Below, piece after piece: positions 1 to 13,214 of a stretch of 64,000 bases of DNA. The notes beneath the pieces are model-generated. The model saw only the letters and a list, made by a program, of their open reading frames with translations, did no database searches and was not told the origin of the DNA. Source of the DNA: Eledone cirrhosa (lineage: Eukaryota); assembly GCA_964016885.1 (NCBI GenBank), contig OZ024746.1, positions 88,536,001 through 88,600,000 on the forward strand. The letters run 5' to 3'. Every line of letters starts with the position of its first letter. Positions within the stretch are counted from its first letter, which is position 1. Position numbers and translations under genes: made by a program.

Positions 1-1076
1 ATTTAGCTGGCACATAAAGAATGAAATATTATACTGTTGATTATTTACCTAAATTTAAACTTTAACAAATATACCAACATATTAGGTATGTAAAGCTGTT
101 GAAGTACTTATTGTTATAAATATTGAAATAACTATTATGTATATAGGTATATATTAGTGAGCCAATATGTTTAAGGTAAATAATAACGACGAAGATAAAA
201 ATAAAATATGATAATATATTGAAGGATGTTAAGGATAAATATATACCTATGTATAACTGGGTGTAAATGCAACTAATTATTCTTCAACCAAGATATCAAC
301 ATATTATTAGATATAGGGATGTATATATATAGATATATATTAGGTATTAGTAGTGTAGTATACTTTAGGTAAATGATAACAGTTATAATCTTATCAACGT
401 GTCACATTTAAATACATATATATATACATATAAGAAAAACAACAATGAGTGCATGGATAATACAGAGTTCAAAATAATGTCTCTAATAATTTTTAGTTTG
501 GATATTTTCTCTATATTTGAATCATATATATAGAAATGTGGTAGGTATATTTAAAAATATATTAAATATAATATATAACTACATATATATTATAATACAT
601 TATTTCATGAATAAATAAGAGATCAAAAATACAGCGAAAAATTCACATTTATATATAAGTTTGAATCCCTCTCAAAATTTAGATTTTATAGTGCAGTAAA
701 TATATTTAAAAGAAATATATGCTATATTATATTATAAATACTCATCAAAAACTCATTAAAAATTTAGAGTTATAGATAAATTTCATAAACATTTATGGAT
801 TGGGTATTAAACTAAAATTTAAAAGAGATCACAAATGTATTAAATATTCACAGTTAAATAAATTCCATAAATATGTAAGGATTAGGTATTATACTAAATT
901 ATAATCATAGATAGAAATAAGGAGATAAAGAAATGATGGCATTGATCAAAATTAACAAATAATGTTGTGTGTATCAATGTTTAGGCATGTTAATTGAAAT
1001 ATTGTCATTCATTCTAGCGTTGTTTCTTCTATAGATAGTTATAAAATAAAGCAATATTAAAGGCCATTAATGTTTT

Positions 1077-1300
1077 TTACTTTTGATTATATATTCCTGG
1101 TAACCGAGTTGTTATTGGTTCTTTCTTTCTCATTTTATGTGAGGCTAAAATAGAGGACGTGGCTTTATGGAGGCAACTAGAGAATAATTCACTTTTTTTC
1201 TTAATTAGGGTCTCATAAATATTAATAATCAACAGGGTCTCCATTGTACAGAGCGGGCAGGTATTTGATATACTAGAGTTACGGTAAATTTCACAGTTCT
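1077..1300 (-). mobile_element. PLE GIY-YIG endonuclease C-terminal fragment (pseudogenic)
   Basis: ORF 1077..1334 contains YRNSSISNTCPLCTMETLLII...KKSELFSSCLHK. This matches the PY..S..C.LC..E...I...LN.RSE..S.C.H tail seen in the other PLE copies in this window. Confidence 0.7.
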
Positions 1301-1440
1301 TTGGACAAAACTTCGGAACTGTGGAATTTACCACAACTCTAGTATATCAAATAACTGCCCGCTCTGTACAATGGAGACCCTGTTGATTATTAATAATTAT
1401 GAGACCCTAATTAACAAAAAAGTGAATTATTCTCTAGTTG
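1174..1440. repeat. Near-perfect long hairpin (arms ~1174-1299 and ~1316-1440, ~16-nt loop)
   Basis: caactagagaataattcac...tactagagtt..ggtaaatttcacagttc is the reverse complement of gaactgtggaatttacc..aactctagta...gtgaattattctctagttg, with a few mismatches. Confidence 0.92.
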
Positions 1441-1720
1441 AATTATTCTCTTTTAAGACATATTTGTCTTAAAAGACTTATTTTTCAGTGACTTCTCAAT
1501 CAGACGAAAAAGGACACTCTTCGACAAACCTACATTTGGCGCAAAATCAATTTTTAACATTCACGTGTCCTCTACCGACCAATCAAAATTGTTTTGACTA
1601 CAAGAATTTTTGCAACACGAATTGGCGCGAATTTATAGTACTCATTCACGTGACATTCAACAACCAGCCAAATCTTAATACATCTGCAGCCACTTTTTTC
1701 ACATAAAACAGGAGAATTTC

Positions 1721-1790
1721 CCAAACTGATGAGATTAGAGCAAACATAACGGGAGCTCTATCTCAAAATTATTTTTGAAAAGTATTAGAA
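1721..1790 (+). ncRNA. Degenerate type I hammerhead motif (G12 lost)
   Basis: CTGATGA at 1726, stem II (GA)GATTAGAGC/GCTCTATCTC, then AAAA instead of GAAA. It lies ~130 bp upstream of (TA)n. Confidence 0.45.
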
Positions 1791-3449
1791 ATGCGCAACC
1801 AGTAAAAACTTAAAACTAAAACTGAATACTAACCAATACTTATTACTAATTTATACTTATTCCTAATTGAACTATTTTTCACTGGGAAAAATGTGTAAGC
1901 ATTTTCTTTTCCTTTTACTAATATATATATATTTATATATATATATGTACCCATATACACATATACACATTTATATATATATATATATATATATAGTAAT
2001 TTCATTAGATACCAATATTATGTGTTGGATAACTTCTAGTAATTTGAATCGTATATTTCACCATTGTATGTAAAGAAATGTGTTTTATGTTGTCTTTCCT
2101 ATTTATTCATGCATCTTCCATGCCCTAAAAACATGTCTTTGAAAAACACCAGTCGTCGACTAAAGTGTTTTTTCTATTTTGGTGGTTTTTGATTTAATTC
2201 ATGTTATACATAAAAACATATTAAATTAATAGTTTCACTCATTAAAATAGCAGTCGTACTATATATATAGTTAAAATATGTAATTTAAATTTAAAGCAAT
2301 GTTGAAAGACAAATAATTTGAAAGTATTGTTTCGTTTCATTGTGAAGACTGTTTGGCCATGTTGATAAGATTCCAGTTTGAAGCAGATGTGATAATATTT
2401 TGTAATTTATCATTTGATTATTTAACCACAGTTTTTCATATATTTTATTCAACTTAAGCCAGGAATATGTAGGATTATCCCCTCCACCCTCATAAATGAA
2501 TGCAAAGAGATTACTAACACGGGACTTGCCTTGTGACTAATAAAATAACAATAAAAATGTACGCATAATTTGTAGTTTTATATCATAATGGAAAATGTAG
2601 TGCGATTTATAACTTTGAAAATTACAATTAGTAAGAATGAGAACTTTAAAATAGACTAAAGATGTTTCTTAGTAATTCGTATGAAGTATATTCAGCATAT
2701 TCCTGTTTGACATACACAAAAACTACCTAATTAAACAGATACTTTAGATTTTACTTAAGCTTATAAGTGATGTTGGACTCAGAAAACCTGCAAACTACGA
2801 AATATATGATTTATAGGTCCTCAATAAGAGTGAAAGTTTTTCAAAACTACTCTATTAGTTTTGCAAGGAGAATACTATTTGAGTAACAAAGTGGATTTAC
2901 GAAGAAATAAATTGGGATTATAATAAGGAATAAGTGACATGTATACCAATGCAATTAATGTTTATACCAAACCCCAATAGCTGAATTAAGAACAGTCATA
3001 GTGAATAATCTCTGGTCGCCATAATTGCAATACAATTACAGTAGAGTATATCTGCCAATAACCCATGGTTTGGAGCTGTATACAGTAACTAATATCTCTA
3101 TCAAACTAATTAAATGATTTACTTATATAGCATCGCTTCATAGAAAGCATTGTACTATAGGGGTATGAAATAGGAAATCGCAAGTCAGCATTAATACTTC
3201 TAAATATTAAAGTATTTGAAACGAAAGGAAATCTAGACTTGATGTGTGATGAGAGAATTAATATAGCAGAAGTGTTTCTATCTGACATGTTATATTACTG
3301 GAGTAGATAATAAAACGATCGTTATGTTTTGGAATACATTTGAATGGTTAAAATGTCCGATGAGTCAATTGTTTTAACATATTATATGATCATATGTAAT
3401 GATATGAACATATGTAAGATAAAAGAGCATGTGCATACATATAACATAT

Positions 3450-3689
3450 TAGACAGATACCTGAATATGTCATTGACAAAACTAATGAAAAAGAGATGAC
3501 TTTAAAGGAAAATCATTTACTGCTGATATAAAAACAATATCAATTTCAACAAATTCGTTACAACATCTGAGGGAACAAGACATTATGTAAAACAACAAGT
3601 GACAATGTAAAATAAAACAAAATACAGAATTAAAATGGTTGTCCGAATCAAACTGAAATCATCACATTACCACATTTCACAAGGTAAAT

Positions 3690-3740
<51 letters not shown>

Positions 3741-4560
3741 CAATTATCATGAGACTAATGAGAAAATAAGCAAACGAAAACATAAGTGGCATCAATAATG
3801 ATATGTAACAATTACTAAAACAAATATTAACAGGAGACGTTAAAGAGCTTTTAAATCAAGAAGGACTTGACATCTTGATGACATCAATTAGATAAGTGAC
3901 GACATGTAACAGTCAAGAAGACAACACAATAAACAGAACAGCGAAGAATAGGCTAATTCATTATATTAAAACAGTATAAACAACGACTCTTACGTAAAAA
4001 ACCATCATAGAGCGTGTAGAATGTAAGGCTTTGTCTTCACCATTAGAAAACAACAATATGTCTAGGAAACCTACACGAAATGATATTCAGAAATACTCAA
4101 GGACATGGAGATAAAATCATTCCAGTGAGAAAATATGGAGAAAAGAGAAAGAGAGTTTCTAATTAATCGTTAAAGCTATGTAACAGAATGAATCTAGTTA
4201 CAAAAAAACATCCCGAATATGTGGTGAGAGTTAATGGTGCATGGGATCACATATACTAAGAACGTTGCTAAACGTATTATAATGATAAAGCATCTTTGCT
4301 AAAACCTCACACTGGATGTAGGTGTATTGCCATAAACCAGAACCTGCATTTGAAAACCGACAGGTAAAAGTATACTGGAACATGAATATTCAAACGGATA
4401 TGCAAATAAACCCATTTTCAAAATGAGCGTTTTTTTACTCAATAAAAACGAAATAATGTGTTGGATTATAAATATTTCTTTAACATCAACATTTAATATT
4501 AAGCTGGCAGATATTGAACGGGTGAACTAACCGAGACCTGTATATAATTGATACATAATT
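3450..4560 (+). mobile_element. Decayed R4/Dong-like (RLE) non-LTR retrotransposon fragments
   Basis: From 4331 it reads HKPEPAFENRQVKVYWNMNIQTDMQIN, resembling the H.PE.V.EN...KILWD..IQTD motif before the RLE nuclease. An RICGE CCHC remnant sits near 4215. Many stops and frameshifts. Confidence 0.55.
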
Positions 4561-5229
4561 TTATGTCTTTGGATTTGAACTATTTGGATAACTAATTTCC
4601 TCGGCGTTCATTACATGCTTTCTTTTTTATTTCTACAGACATCTAATTTTGTTGGATTGTCCTCGACTTCAGCATGAACAGGGTCGACAATTAAAAGTAT
4701 AACTATTGTAAAAGTATAACTATTGCAAAGATTCGCCAATTGTTGACAAGAATTAGGCAGAACCGGAATGTATTTCCTCTCCCTCGATTAGAACTAGGGA
4801 GGCTTTGGAAATTTGTAAGGAGGAAAATATTACATTCACTGTCCCCAATATTTTGGCCCGGGCGATATATATTATAATTCCACCACGCGCTTAGCAAGGC
4901 TTTTTGGATTTTTGTCTTCGTGTGACTTAGCTCCAATTGTCAGGCATGTCACAATACAACAAAGATTGTTAAGTCAGACGTAGTTCTTAGGCTAGCCCCA
5001 TGAAAGATACTTTGTACTATACTTTTTGAGGAATAAGTGGTTGTTTTTTGGGACTATTTAGTGTATTGTTGGCAGCAAACTCAGTTTCCCTTCAGATCAT
5101 GTCATTGGTTACTGGGTGAATAATAGGTGGCCTTAAAAGAGGGGGTCATTTTACATACAGAAATATAAGGCAGTGTAAGAGAGCCTTTTTCAAAATGAAT
5201 AAAAAGGATTTTAAAATCAAACCACAATG

Positions 5230-6069
5230 CAGGAATTATAGTTACGGCTATGAACATCTAGCAATTTGCAATATATTCATATTGCGAGGTCATTGTCGGA
5301 AGGACAGAATAAGAAATAGAAAGTCGGATAGAAAGACTAGATGATTATTGTCATTGATTGGAGCTTTACACTCTAAAGAAAATATAAGAAGAGTTTGTCT
5401 GAGGAAAAGATTTGTTGTATCTATCTTATTAGTGTAGATTATGTTATAAAAAAAAGAAAGCTTACAGGATATTTGATAAAAGGTGACGAAAGTTGTTGCA
5501 ATATTCAGCAGAACATATGATTCTAAATGCAACTGAAATCGTTGGTATGGAAACTTTTAACCAATGAGTTGAAAAAAGATAAGTAGATTATCTGAAAATG
5601 AGAAATCACGCGCAGTTTGAAAGACGTACATCAGGATATCAACGATAAAACAACACCCATGCCATGTATAAGTAAGGTGAGTTAAAGCATACCACTGTAA
5701 GCCATATAATTGCAACAAGAAACCAAACACTTGTTACCAACTCCGTGAAGTATAACATCTACGAAACCTCTGACATCCAGAAATGCAGACGCAGTGGAAC
5801 GAAAATATAACCGACTTGGTATGTGCTTGCGCAAAAATAATGCAAGTAACAATATGGTAAATTAATAGTGTGAAAATTATGCCAGTTATGATCAGTGCAT
5901 TGGGCTCAACCCATTGAAACTCCAAGCCTTCTGACGTTGTTTGGGTATATCATGCAAAATTCGTTTCATACCAAAACCTCCTTTACTATGCACATTTTAA
6001 GAAAATTTATATCTGTTTTGTTTACTTGTTCTGCATATATTCCATCTAAACTCTGTGAAAAGAAATAAT
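5230..6069 (+). mobile_element. Decayed R4/Dong-like LINE 3' portion with (TAA)-rich tail
   Basis: Frameshifted remnants GYEHLAI, GELKHTTVSHIIATRNQTLVTNSVKYNIYETSDIQKCRR and SVKIMPVMISALGST...HILRK resemble the clade consensus G.LK.ETE..I.AAQDQAL.TN and VPVVIGALG. Confidence 0.6.
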
Positions 6070-6288
6070 GATTTCTAGTATAGACACACGGCCAGGAAGC
6101 AATTATTTTGAGGGGAAAGTCGATTAAATCGACCCCAGTACGTTACTGGTGCTTTACTTTATCGACCCCGTAATGATGAAAGATAAAGTTAACTTCGGCG
6201 GGATTTGAGCTCAGACTGTAACAGACCGTTACGCTATGCTGAAAATCATGGCGTCCGACTCTCTAACGATACTGCCCATCCACTGCTC
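6070..6288 (-). mobile_element. tRNA-derived SINE, long subfamily, with 16-bp TSD
   Basis: Reverse complement of the family consensus, including the extra GGGTCGATTTAATCGAC segment. TSD tgtgaaaagaaataat at 6054-6069 and 6292-6307. Confidence 0.9.
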
Positions 6289-6317
6289 TTGTGTGAAAAG
6301 AAATAATAATAAGAATA

Positions 6318-6507
6318 ATTGTTTCTACTTTTGGCACAAGGCCAGCAATTATCCCAGTGCATCACTGGTGCTTTATTTTATCGACCCCGTAAGGCTGAAA
6401 AGCAAAGTTAAACTCGGCATGATTTGAACTCAGACCATAAAGGGCCGTAACTCTATGCTGCAAATAATGGCATCCGACCCTCTACCGATACTTCCAATCC
6501 TCCGCCC
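6318..6507 (-). mobile_element. tRNA-derived SINE, short subfamily, full length
   Basis: Matches the 52536-52723 copy in reverse; inserted in (TAA)n. Confidence 0.9.
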
Positions 6508-6699
6508 TATAATAATAACAATACTAAGACTCGGACTCCCACTGAGTGGTCGCAGGACGGTTTAATGGCCCTGCGCGTATCCCAGATACGGTACTTGCAT
6601 GCCTGTAGAGTTTACCTTAAATTAGCAAATTTCATAGGCAAGGGGATCAATAGTATCAAGGAAACTGATCATGCACCTGGATTAAACAACAATCCATCG

Positions 6700-7130
6700 A
6701 AATAAAAAAAATAATGCTGCAAAGGCTAACATGACTGGAAAGACCAGTTACTAATCAATAAATATAGAACTGAATACTGCAAGGGAAAATATCAACCTGA
6801 ATATGGCATGGATTGAATACCAGAATACGTTTCATAATCTTCCTCTCACACAGATAGGCATGGCAAGAATTGTATTAATAATACAAATCATGTAAGGGTT
6901 TGTGGCAAACGGTTCTGCTGATACAAACCAAGGATGGAGCTTTAAAACAGTGGGCGCATGGCAATCAACACAGGGACATTAAAGGGTATTTGCTAACCAC
7001 TGTTTATCTGTCTTTGTACTGACACTCTTATCTGAGACACTAAACAGAACTGACCTAGGGAATAAATTCTACAATAAGAAAATTAACTTCTTTGCGGGAG
7101 ATAGTCAAATATATAGTCCCACATACTCGT
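6700..7130 (+). mobile_element. R4/Dong-like RT fragment
   Basis: KDQLLINK followed after a frameshift by NLNMAWIEYQNTFHNLP, resembling KDQLLI.K...L.MAWIDYKKAFDSVPH. Confidence 0.6.
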
Positions 7131-9240
7131 GGAGTACATCAATCTAGGGCTCCCGAAATATGAAATGTAAAGTTGCTTTGTTCTTCACTGCTCTTTTTGT
7201 ATGTATTTGGGGTGGAGATATTTTGTAATTTTTGTTCGGGTTCTCTTATATATTTTGCAGCATGATTCTTACACAGTGAGACTGAGTAAATAGTAATTAT
7301 TTTGTTTCCTGTGGTAGACATTGTGGCATCAAATTTGCTAAGAAAACGTCAATGAGGTTTGTTAAAAAAAAGAAAGTGTCAATGACAAATATGTATTGAC
7401 AAGTAGTAGTATGTATCATACGCACATTAATTTCAAGTGAAATTCAGATTATCCAAATCCTTGTGAAATCAAATAAATGCAATGTTCAGTGCTTTCTTAC
7501 AACGAACATATTTTACTTGGATCAAATAATCTATGGTACACCCTCTTTCTCGTACATAATAGATAATGATTGATGTAAAGAAAAAATATCTTAACAGGAT
7601 TGAATATCATTACAGATATATGAATATATAGATAAACAAAAATATACCATTACGAATATTAACTGAGGGTTTGTAGTCCTCTACATCACAGTGAAAACTT
7701 ACATATCGTCAAGGTGTTTTGAAATGTATTCATAATCACCATCTTCATAATTTTAAGAAAACTATATTAAATCCTGATGACACCATAGTATAGGTTACAG
7801 ATAGGCAATCGTTTAAATTAATTTCTATATGATATGTATGATTTACAATGAATGAAATGCTGTTAAATATCCCAAGTTAACAAACGGTAACTTATGTTTT
7901 GGATTGAACCTACGAATATATATCTAAGCACTAATACGTAATATATTTGGTCATCATAACATTAGGCTGTAATTTGAGGTCCGTCCACAAATTTCTTTCA
8001 AACATTATGTTTCATTCGAATATAATAGTAACACATGTCTTATTCAGATATATAGTGATATATAGTAACAGCATTATTTTTGCATTTATTTGAAACAATA
8101 TATTTGGACAAGTAAAATGCAAAACATGTTTAAAACATTAGGAATAAATTAATAACATCGTTCAATTTATAAGAAATTAAATGTCAAATCTAATAAAGTA
8201 TGTATTACAAGAAAGAATAAATGTTTTCAAATTATTTTACCCTTTTCATATTTTCCGTTTTTGTGATGAGTGATTATCAAATATTCTAACATGTCAAAGA
8301 TTATGAAACAAATACTTGCTTTTTATATTTCGAAAATCAAATACATGCGTCTCATCGCATTTATAAATAAATTAATTTCATACACACAGTCATGACATTC
8401 CTGTAAAGAAGAAAAAAAACATATAATTGTTAAAAATCATCAAAGAAATTAGATAAATTATATCAAAAAATAAATCACACATGTTGTTTGTTGTATTTTT
8501 CACAGTTAATATAATTTTAATTTTCCGCATGCCTTCCATCTGAAATCAAATTATAGATCAGAGTACAGCAGGAAATTGTTGGTGATTATATGCTTCTTGT
8601 AAATGTTGTACTAATATTTAAAAAATAAGACTACAAAGCAAACGAAATCAAAAATCGTTTACGTCAATCCGTTGTTTGTATTGCCATGACAATAGCAATA
8701 AATATTTAATTTTTAATTTGACTCAAGAGCGTTGAATGTCAAGCACATTACACGAAATCATTAGTATGATTTACATAATATTCTTTATGAAATTATAGGG
8801 AATTTTCAAGGAAGGAACACAACCGAAATGTAGAAATGAAAACGACAACTGGCACCGTAGGGAATATTCGGGGAAGCCTAGTGCATGTCTAGCTATCTTC
8901 AATCAAAGTTGCATGTACTCGCCTTGTCTAAATGTTTTTTTCTACCAACTGATGTTGAATGATGTTCCACACACTAAATGCACACAGGCCACTCACGTCT
9001 ACACACCTCACTCCTCAGCAAACACAGCATTGGTCAGAAAATTATCGATTGTACATACAATTTCATTGTTACTCAATGAACAAACAAGACAGGTAGAATT
9101 ATTTGAAAAAAACATGTATATAACGTTTATTTTTGCGTATCAGGAAACTGTAAAACTAGAGAGGTCAGGAAATATTCCATCAGAACCTGCTTGACAATCC
9201 TCTCAAAGAGGAGTACAAACCCTCAGGTAATATTCATTAT

Positions 9241-9422
9241 GGATTGGCAGTATCGGTAGAGGGTCGGACGCCATGCTTCGCAGCATACAGTTATGGCCCT
9301 TGCCATTCTGAGTTCAAATCCCGCCGAGGTCAACTTTGCCTGTCATCCTTACGGTGTCGATAAAATAAAGTACCAGTAATACAGTGGGTTAATTGCTAGC
9401 CTTGTGCCAAAAGTAGAAACAC
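9241..9422 (+). mobile_element. tRNA-derived SINE with ~11-bp TSD
   Basis: A box TGGCAGTATCGG, B box GAGTTCAAATCC, core TCATCCTTACGGTGTCGATAAAATAAAGTACCAG. TSD atattcattat at 9230-9240 and 9423-9433. Confidence 0.92.
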
Positions 9423-12400
9423 ATATTCATTATGCCCCATTGACATTCGGCAGCGCGGGATAACTCACTTAGAGCGTCGTCAAACATTGTCCCTACTATT
9501 ACAATTCTGGTACACATTGTTGAAATTGTTTTTGAACATCAATACGTTTCCAATAGAGAGACAAAATGTTAGTTACATTTCAGAACGGAATGTTTCTGAA
9601 TATAGGGCTCTCTGACTTTCGAAATGAGTTGACTGGTGCTGAACAAGCTGATTGACGCTCCAATGAGGACTGATAACATGCTCGCCACTTAGCAACGGAG
9701 TGTGCTTCTATTAGGTAAATCGAATAACATATCAGATGGAAATTAAAATAGACACGTTTTTAAACCGTTTAAAAACGGAGACCTACTGAATAATCGGGGT
9801 TTCAGAGATAATGCGCTTCATCCTTCTAATATATAATATCCTTATGCTACTCACTATCATCATCATTATGCTAATGTTTATACAATTTGTAACATTGTCG
9901 CATTTCCTATCCGCTTAAAGTTCTTAGTCTATAAAATATTCGTTTAAAGCATATTATCGTATACACAGCACATAATTCCTTGTCCCATGTCCTTCATGTT
10001 ACTGGTCCAAGTCCATAATCCATTCGTGGTAAATGAAACGTACGAACATCGAAATACTTAAATAACATATATACTTGACCAGTCGATACACGAACGTTAT
10101 GAGAGCAGACACGTTTTCATTTATTATTATAGATAAAGAAAGTTAGATTTCAGGTAATTTATATCAGTTATATACGAGGGAAATGGTTTGGGTAATATAA
10201 GTAAATTAATGTAATATTTACAAATGCATGTTAGGTGCTAACACGCCTGTGTAAAATCATTTCTTTCTTTGCATAGGAAATAAAACAAACAGGCTAATAA
10301 TATGCACCTTCATGTTATGGAGAAATATATTAGATTAAAACGAATACAATCTATGTTAATAATACTTTATATACATCGACTAACTTTGCCAAAGTCAAAC
10401 GTGTAGCTGGCTAGGTTTGAATGCATACTGATTACAATAATGTACTAAACCGTTTTCACACCTTTGTCTCTTTTTTGCCTTATCGTAGCTGAAATATGTT
10501 GATGTTGTTGCTTTTCTTATTAATATTTACGCCATATATAAATAGATATCGAATAATCAGTACGGAATTAAGCAAAGATGAATCAGTAAGAGTAATCAAT
10601 TCTCTAATGCAATGAAAGAAACGATAACAAAGGTATTATAACATGATTACGGCTTCCAAAGCTTTATCACAGAAATGTATAATTAATTTAGGAATATAAA
10701 GGCTAGAATTAAGTTATCTTCCTTCTACTGTGAATTAATTAATAGCTTAATCATAGAAATAATTATTAGATCTAAGGCCGATATTTCGATGTTTGAAGTC
10801 CGTCATGATAAACAGGGAAGAGAGCGAGATACCTAATTTAAAAGAATGTGTTTTGCAGCGAAATTTCAATTTTTTCGCTGTTGAAATTTACCTTTCTGGA
10901 ATAGATATAATGACTAACAAGCATATGTTGAAAATGAGGGAATCAGCTAGTATAGCCTCCACCTCATACTACATAGCCTTCTAGCGGTAAGGAAAATGCA
11001 AATTCTCGAGTAAATTAACGTTAGAGTTTCGGAAGTGTTATGATATTCCTATTGAAGTTGAATTAAGGAATCATGTGCAATCAATTAAGGACAGGACTGT
11101 CAACTCCATCCATTTTCCAAGCTAGAGACACTTATTTAAGAGGTCAACTATGAATGTCTAGGAGTTTGATAGTACTGCAAATATAAATTTCATTGTATTA
11201 ATGATATTGGATGGAGTTGCACAGGGCCAGATTGTGATTAGGCAATATATACATATTTAATATTTACCAGTAAAAGCCTTCAACAAAATACTACAACACA
11301 ACCAACCAAAGTCCATAATAATGCTCTCACCAACCTCTCTCATTCTTTCTCTCTCCATCTATTCACAACATAAACAACTGTGTAGACAATCAGACACAAA
11401 AATATCTTAACATCCAAATCAGACACCGGAACCTACTCATCTCAAAAATAATTTGAGAAGAAATCCTCAAACGTAAACTCTAAGACAAACACAAAGACAT
11501 CACACACATACACACACATGAAAAAAACGTCACTCCGCACACAACAATTAAATACACTTTCATAACAATGCAAACACATAACACGAAAATGACCAAAAAC
11601 TACCATTAATGCCAGCAACATGTCAGCAAAGATTAAAACGAAAACATGCGACGCAAATGCTTCCAATGCCAAGCTTGGAAGAAAGGTCAATGGTGGACTG
11701 ATATCATTTTATAAACGAAGTAACGAAATCAAGAAATATGGGGATTTCTTTGGCACCAGCACATTTAAATAGCCTGAATCTCTAATAACAGTAAAAATGT
11801 CGCACAGTGTCTAACCAGTTATTAAGGAAAAATGCGATTATAGTGAATAATTCCTATAACCTCGTCAACATATATAGTTTCACCCAGGTAACAGTACAAC
11901 AAGAAATGTAAGTAGATTTTATTAACATAATTTTAAAATCTGTATTTCTTTACAATTATGTTTTAATTTTTGCCAAAACGGCGACGATCTAGTATATGAA
12001 AGTATATTGGAGATGTAATATATTTTGAATGTTTGCCGCCATTTAACACTTGCGTATAGTGACATTATATGTCTATGACGTTCCATTAAACCTGACGTTA
12101 CAACTTGCTACAGACAACATATTCTGGCAGTAACTCTTTTACACTCATCATGAAACGAATGTTTCCACCCTTTCACTATGATTAATAAGCCTTCTAATGA
12201 ATTTAGAGAAACATTTGACTATCACTGTGCAACCACTTTATTTAGCAATTTCCAAATTGCACTTATCAAAGCTTACTGCATTAACAGAAACACTAGGCTA
12301 CAAACAAACAGGTATTACTGGTACATTACGTATGCACACTTGGTTAGCATTATTAGGTTGGTTTTGTACGATACAGGTTCAAATCCTAATTAATTGAGTA

Positions 12401-12456
12401 GCTAATTGTGAGTGAACAGAATTATACCGACTATTCCCTATAATCTCATCAATATA

Positions 12457-12517
<61 letters not shown>

Positions 12518-12557
12518 GATATTAAATAAATGGAAACTATATTTATAAAACCATATT

Positions 12558-12623
12558 TATTTCGTTATATATATTTCAGGGATATCATATTAACAATATG
12601 TTATGCCATCTTCAGACAAAATA
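12558..12623 (-). ncRNA. Type I minimal hammerhead ribozyme, intact core
   Basis: Minus strand reads UAUUUUGU-CUGAAGA-UGGCAUAACAUAUU GUU AAUAUGAUAUCCCU-GAAA-UAUAUA-UA-ACGAAAUA. This gives an 8-bp stem I, a long stem II and a palindromic stem III. Confidence 0.8.
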
Positions 12624-12693
12624 CAATATAAACAGTCTTATAAATAAATAGATACGACATACCTTTCAATCACCTTGCATTTGGGAGGTTGAT

Positions 12694-12743
12694 TTGCCAA
12701 GTCATGCTGACAGGAAATATTTCCTGTCAGCATGACTTGGCAA
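12694..12743. repeat. Perfect 50-bp palindrome
   Basis: ttgccaagtcatgctgacaggaaat|atttcctgtcagcatgacttggcaa. Confidence 0.95.
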
Positions 12744-12994
12744 TCTATTTAGAACACTGGTTTAACCGCTTTACTTCCCTCCGAAGAAGAGATATTATCT
12801 CGAAAATTAAGGACATTTAAATAAATCTAAGGTAAAAGACTAATTGTCAACAATATCTTTTGCATTAGCATTCTTTATTCTATGTCCATACCTGCATTTC
12901 TTTGGGTTTATTATACATATACAAACATTTATACCTCATTACACAATGCTTCAAGTGAACTATAACCTCCTCCATATATATATATATATTTATA

Positions 12995-13026
<32 letters not shown>

Positions 13027-13027
13027 C

Positions 13028-13111
<84 letters not shown>

Positions 13112-13214
13112 AGGATGTGAGTTTTATTTTTAGCACAATAACGCAATGCAAAGATATGTTGATTTACAACTTCACTATTCAGAAGTGTTTTTTAAGCTTC
13201 ATATCATGTATCCC

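Noticed and set aside
4640-5110. Possible LINE endonuclease remnant or host exon after the tttctacag acceptor-like site
   Set aside because: Only a weak GG..IY-like peptide on the minus strand, and no open exon with a donor on the plus strand.
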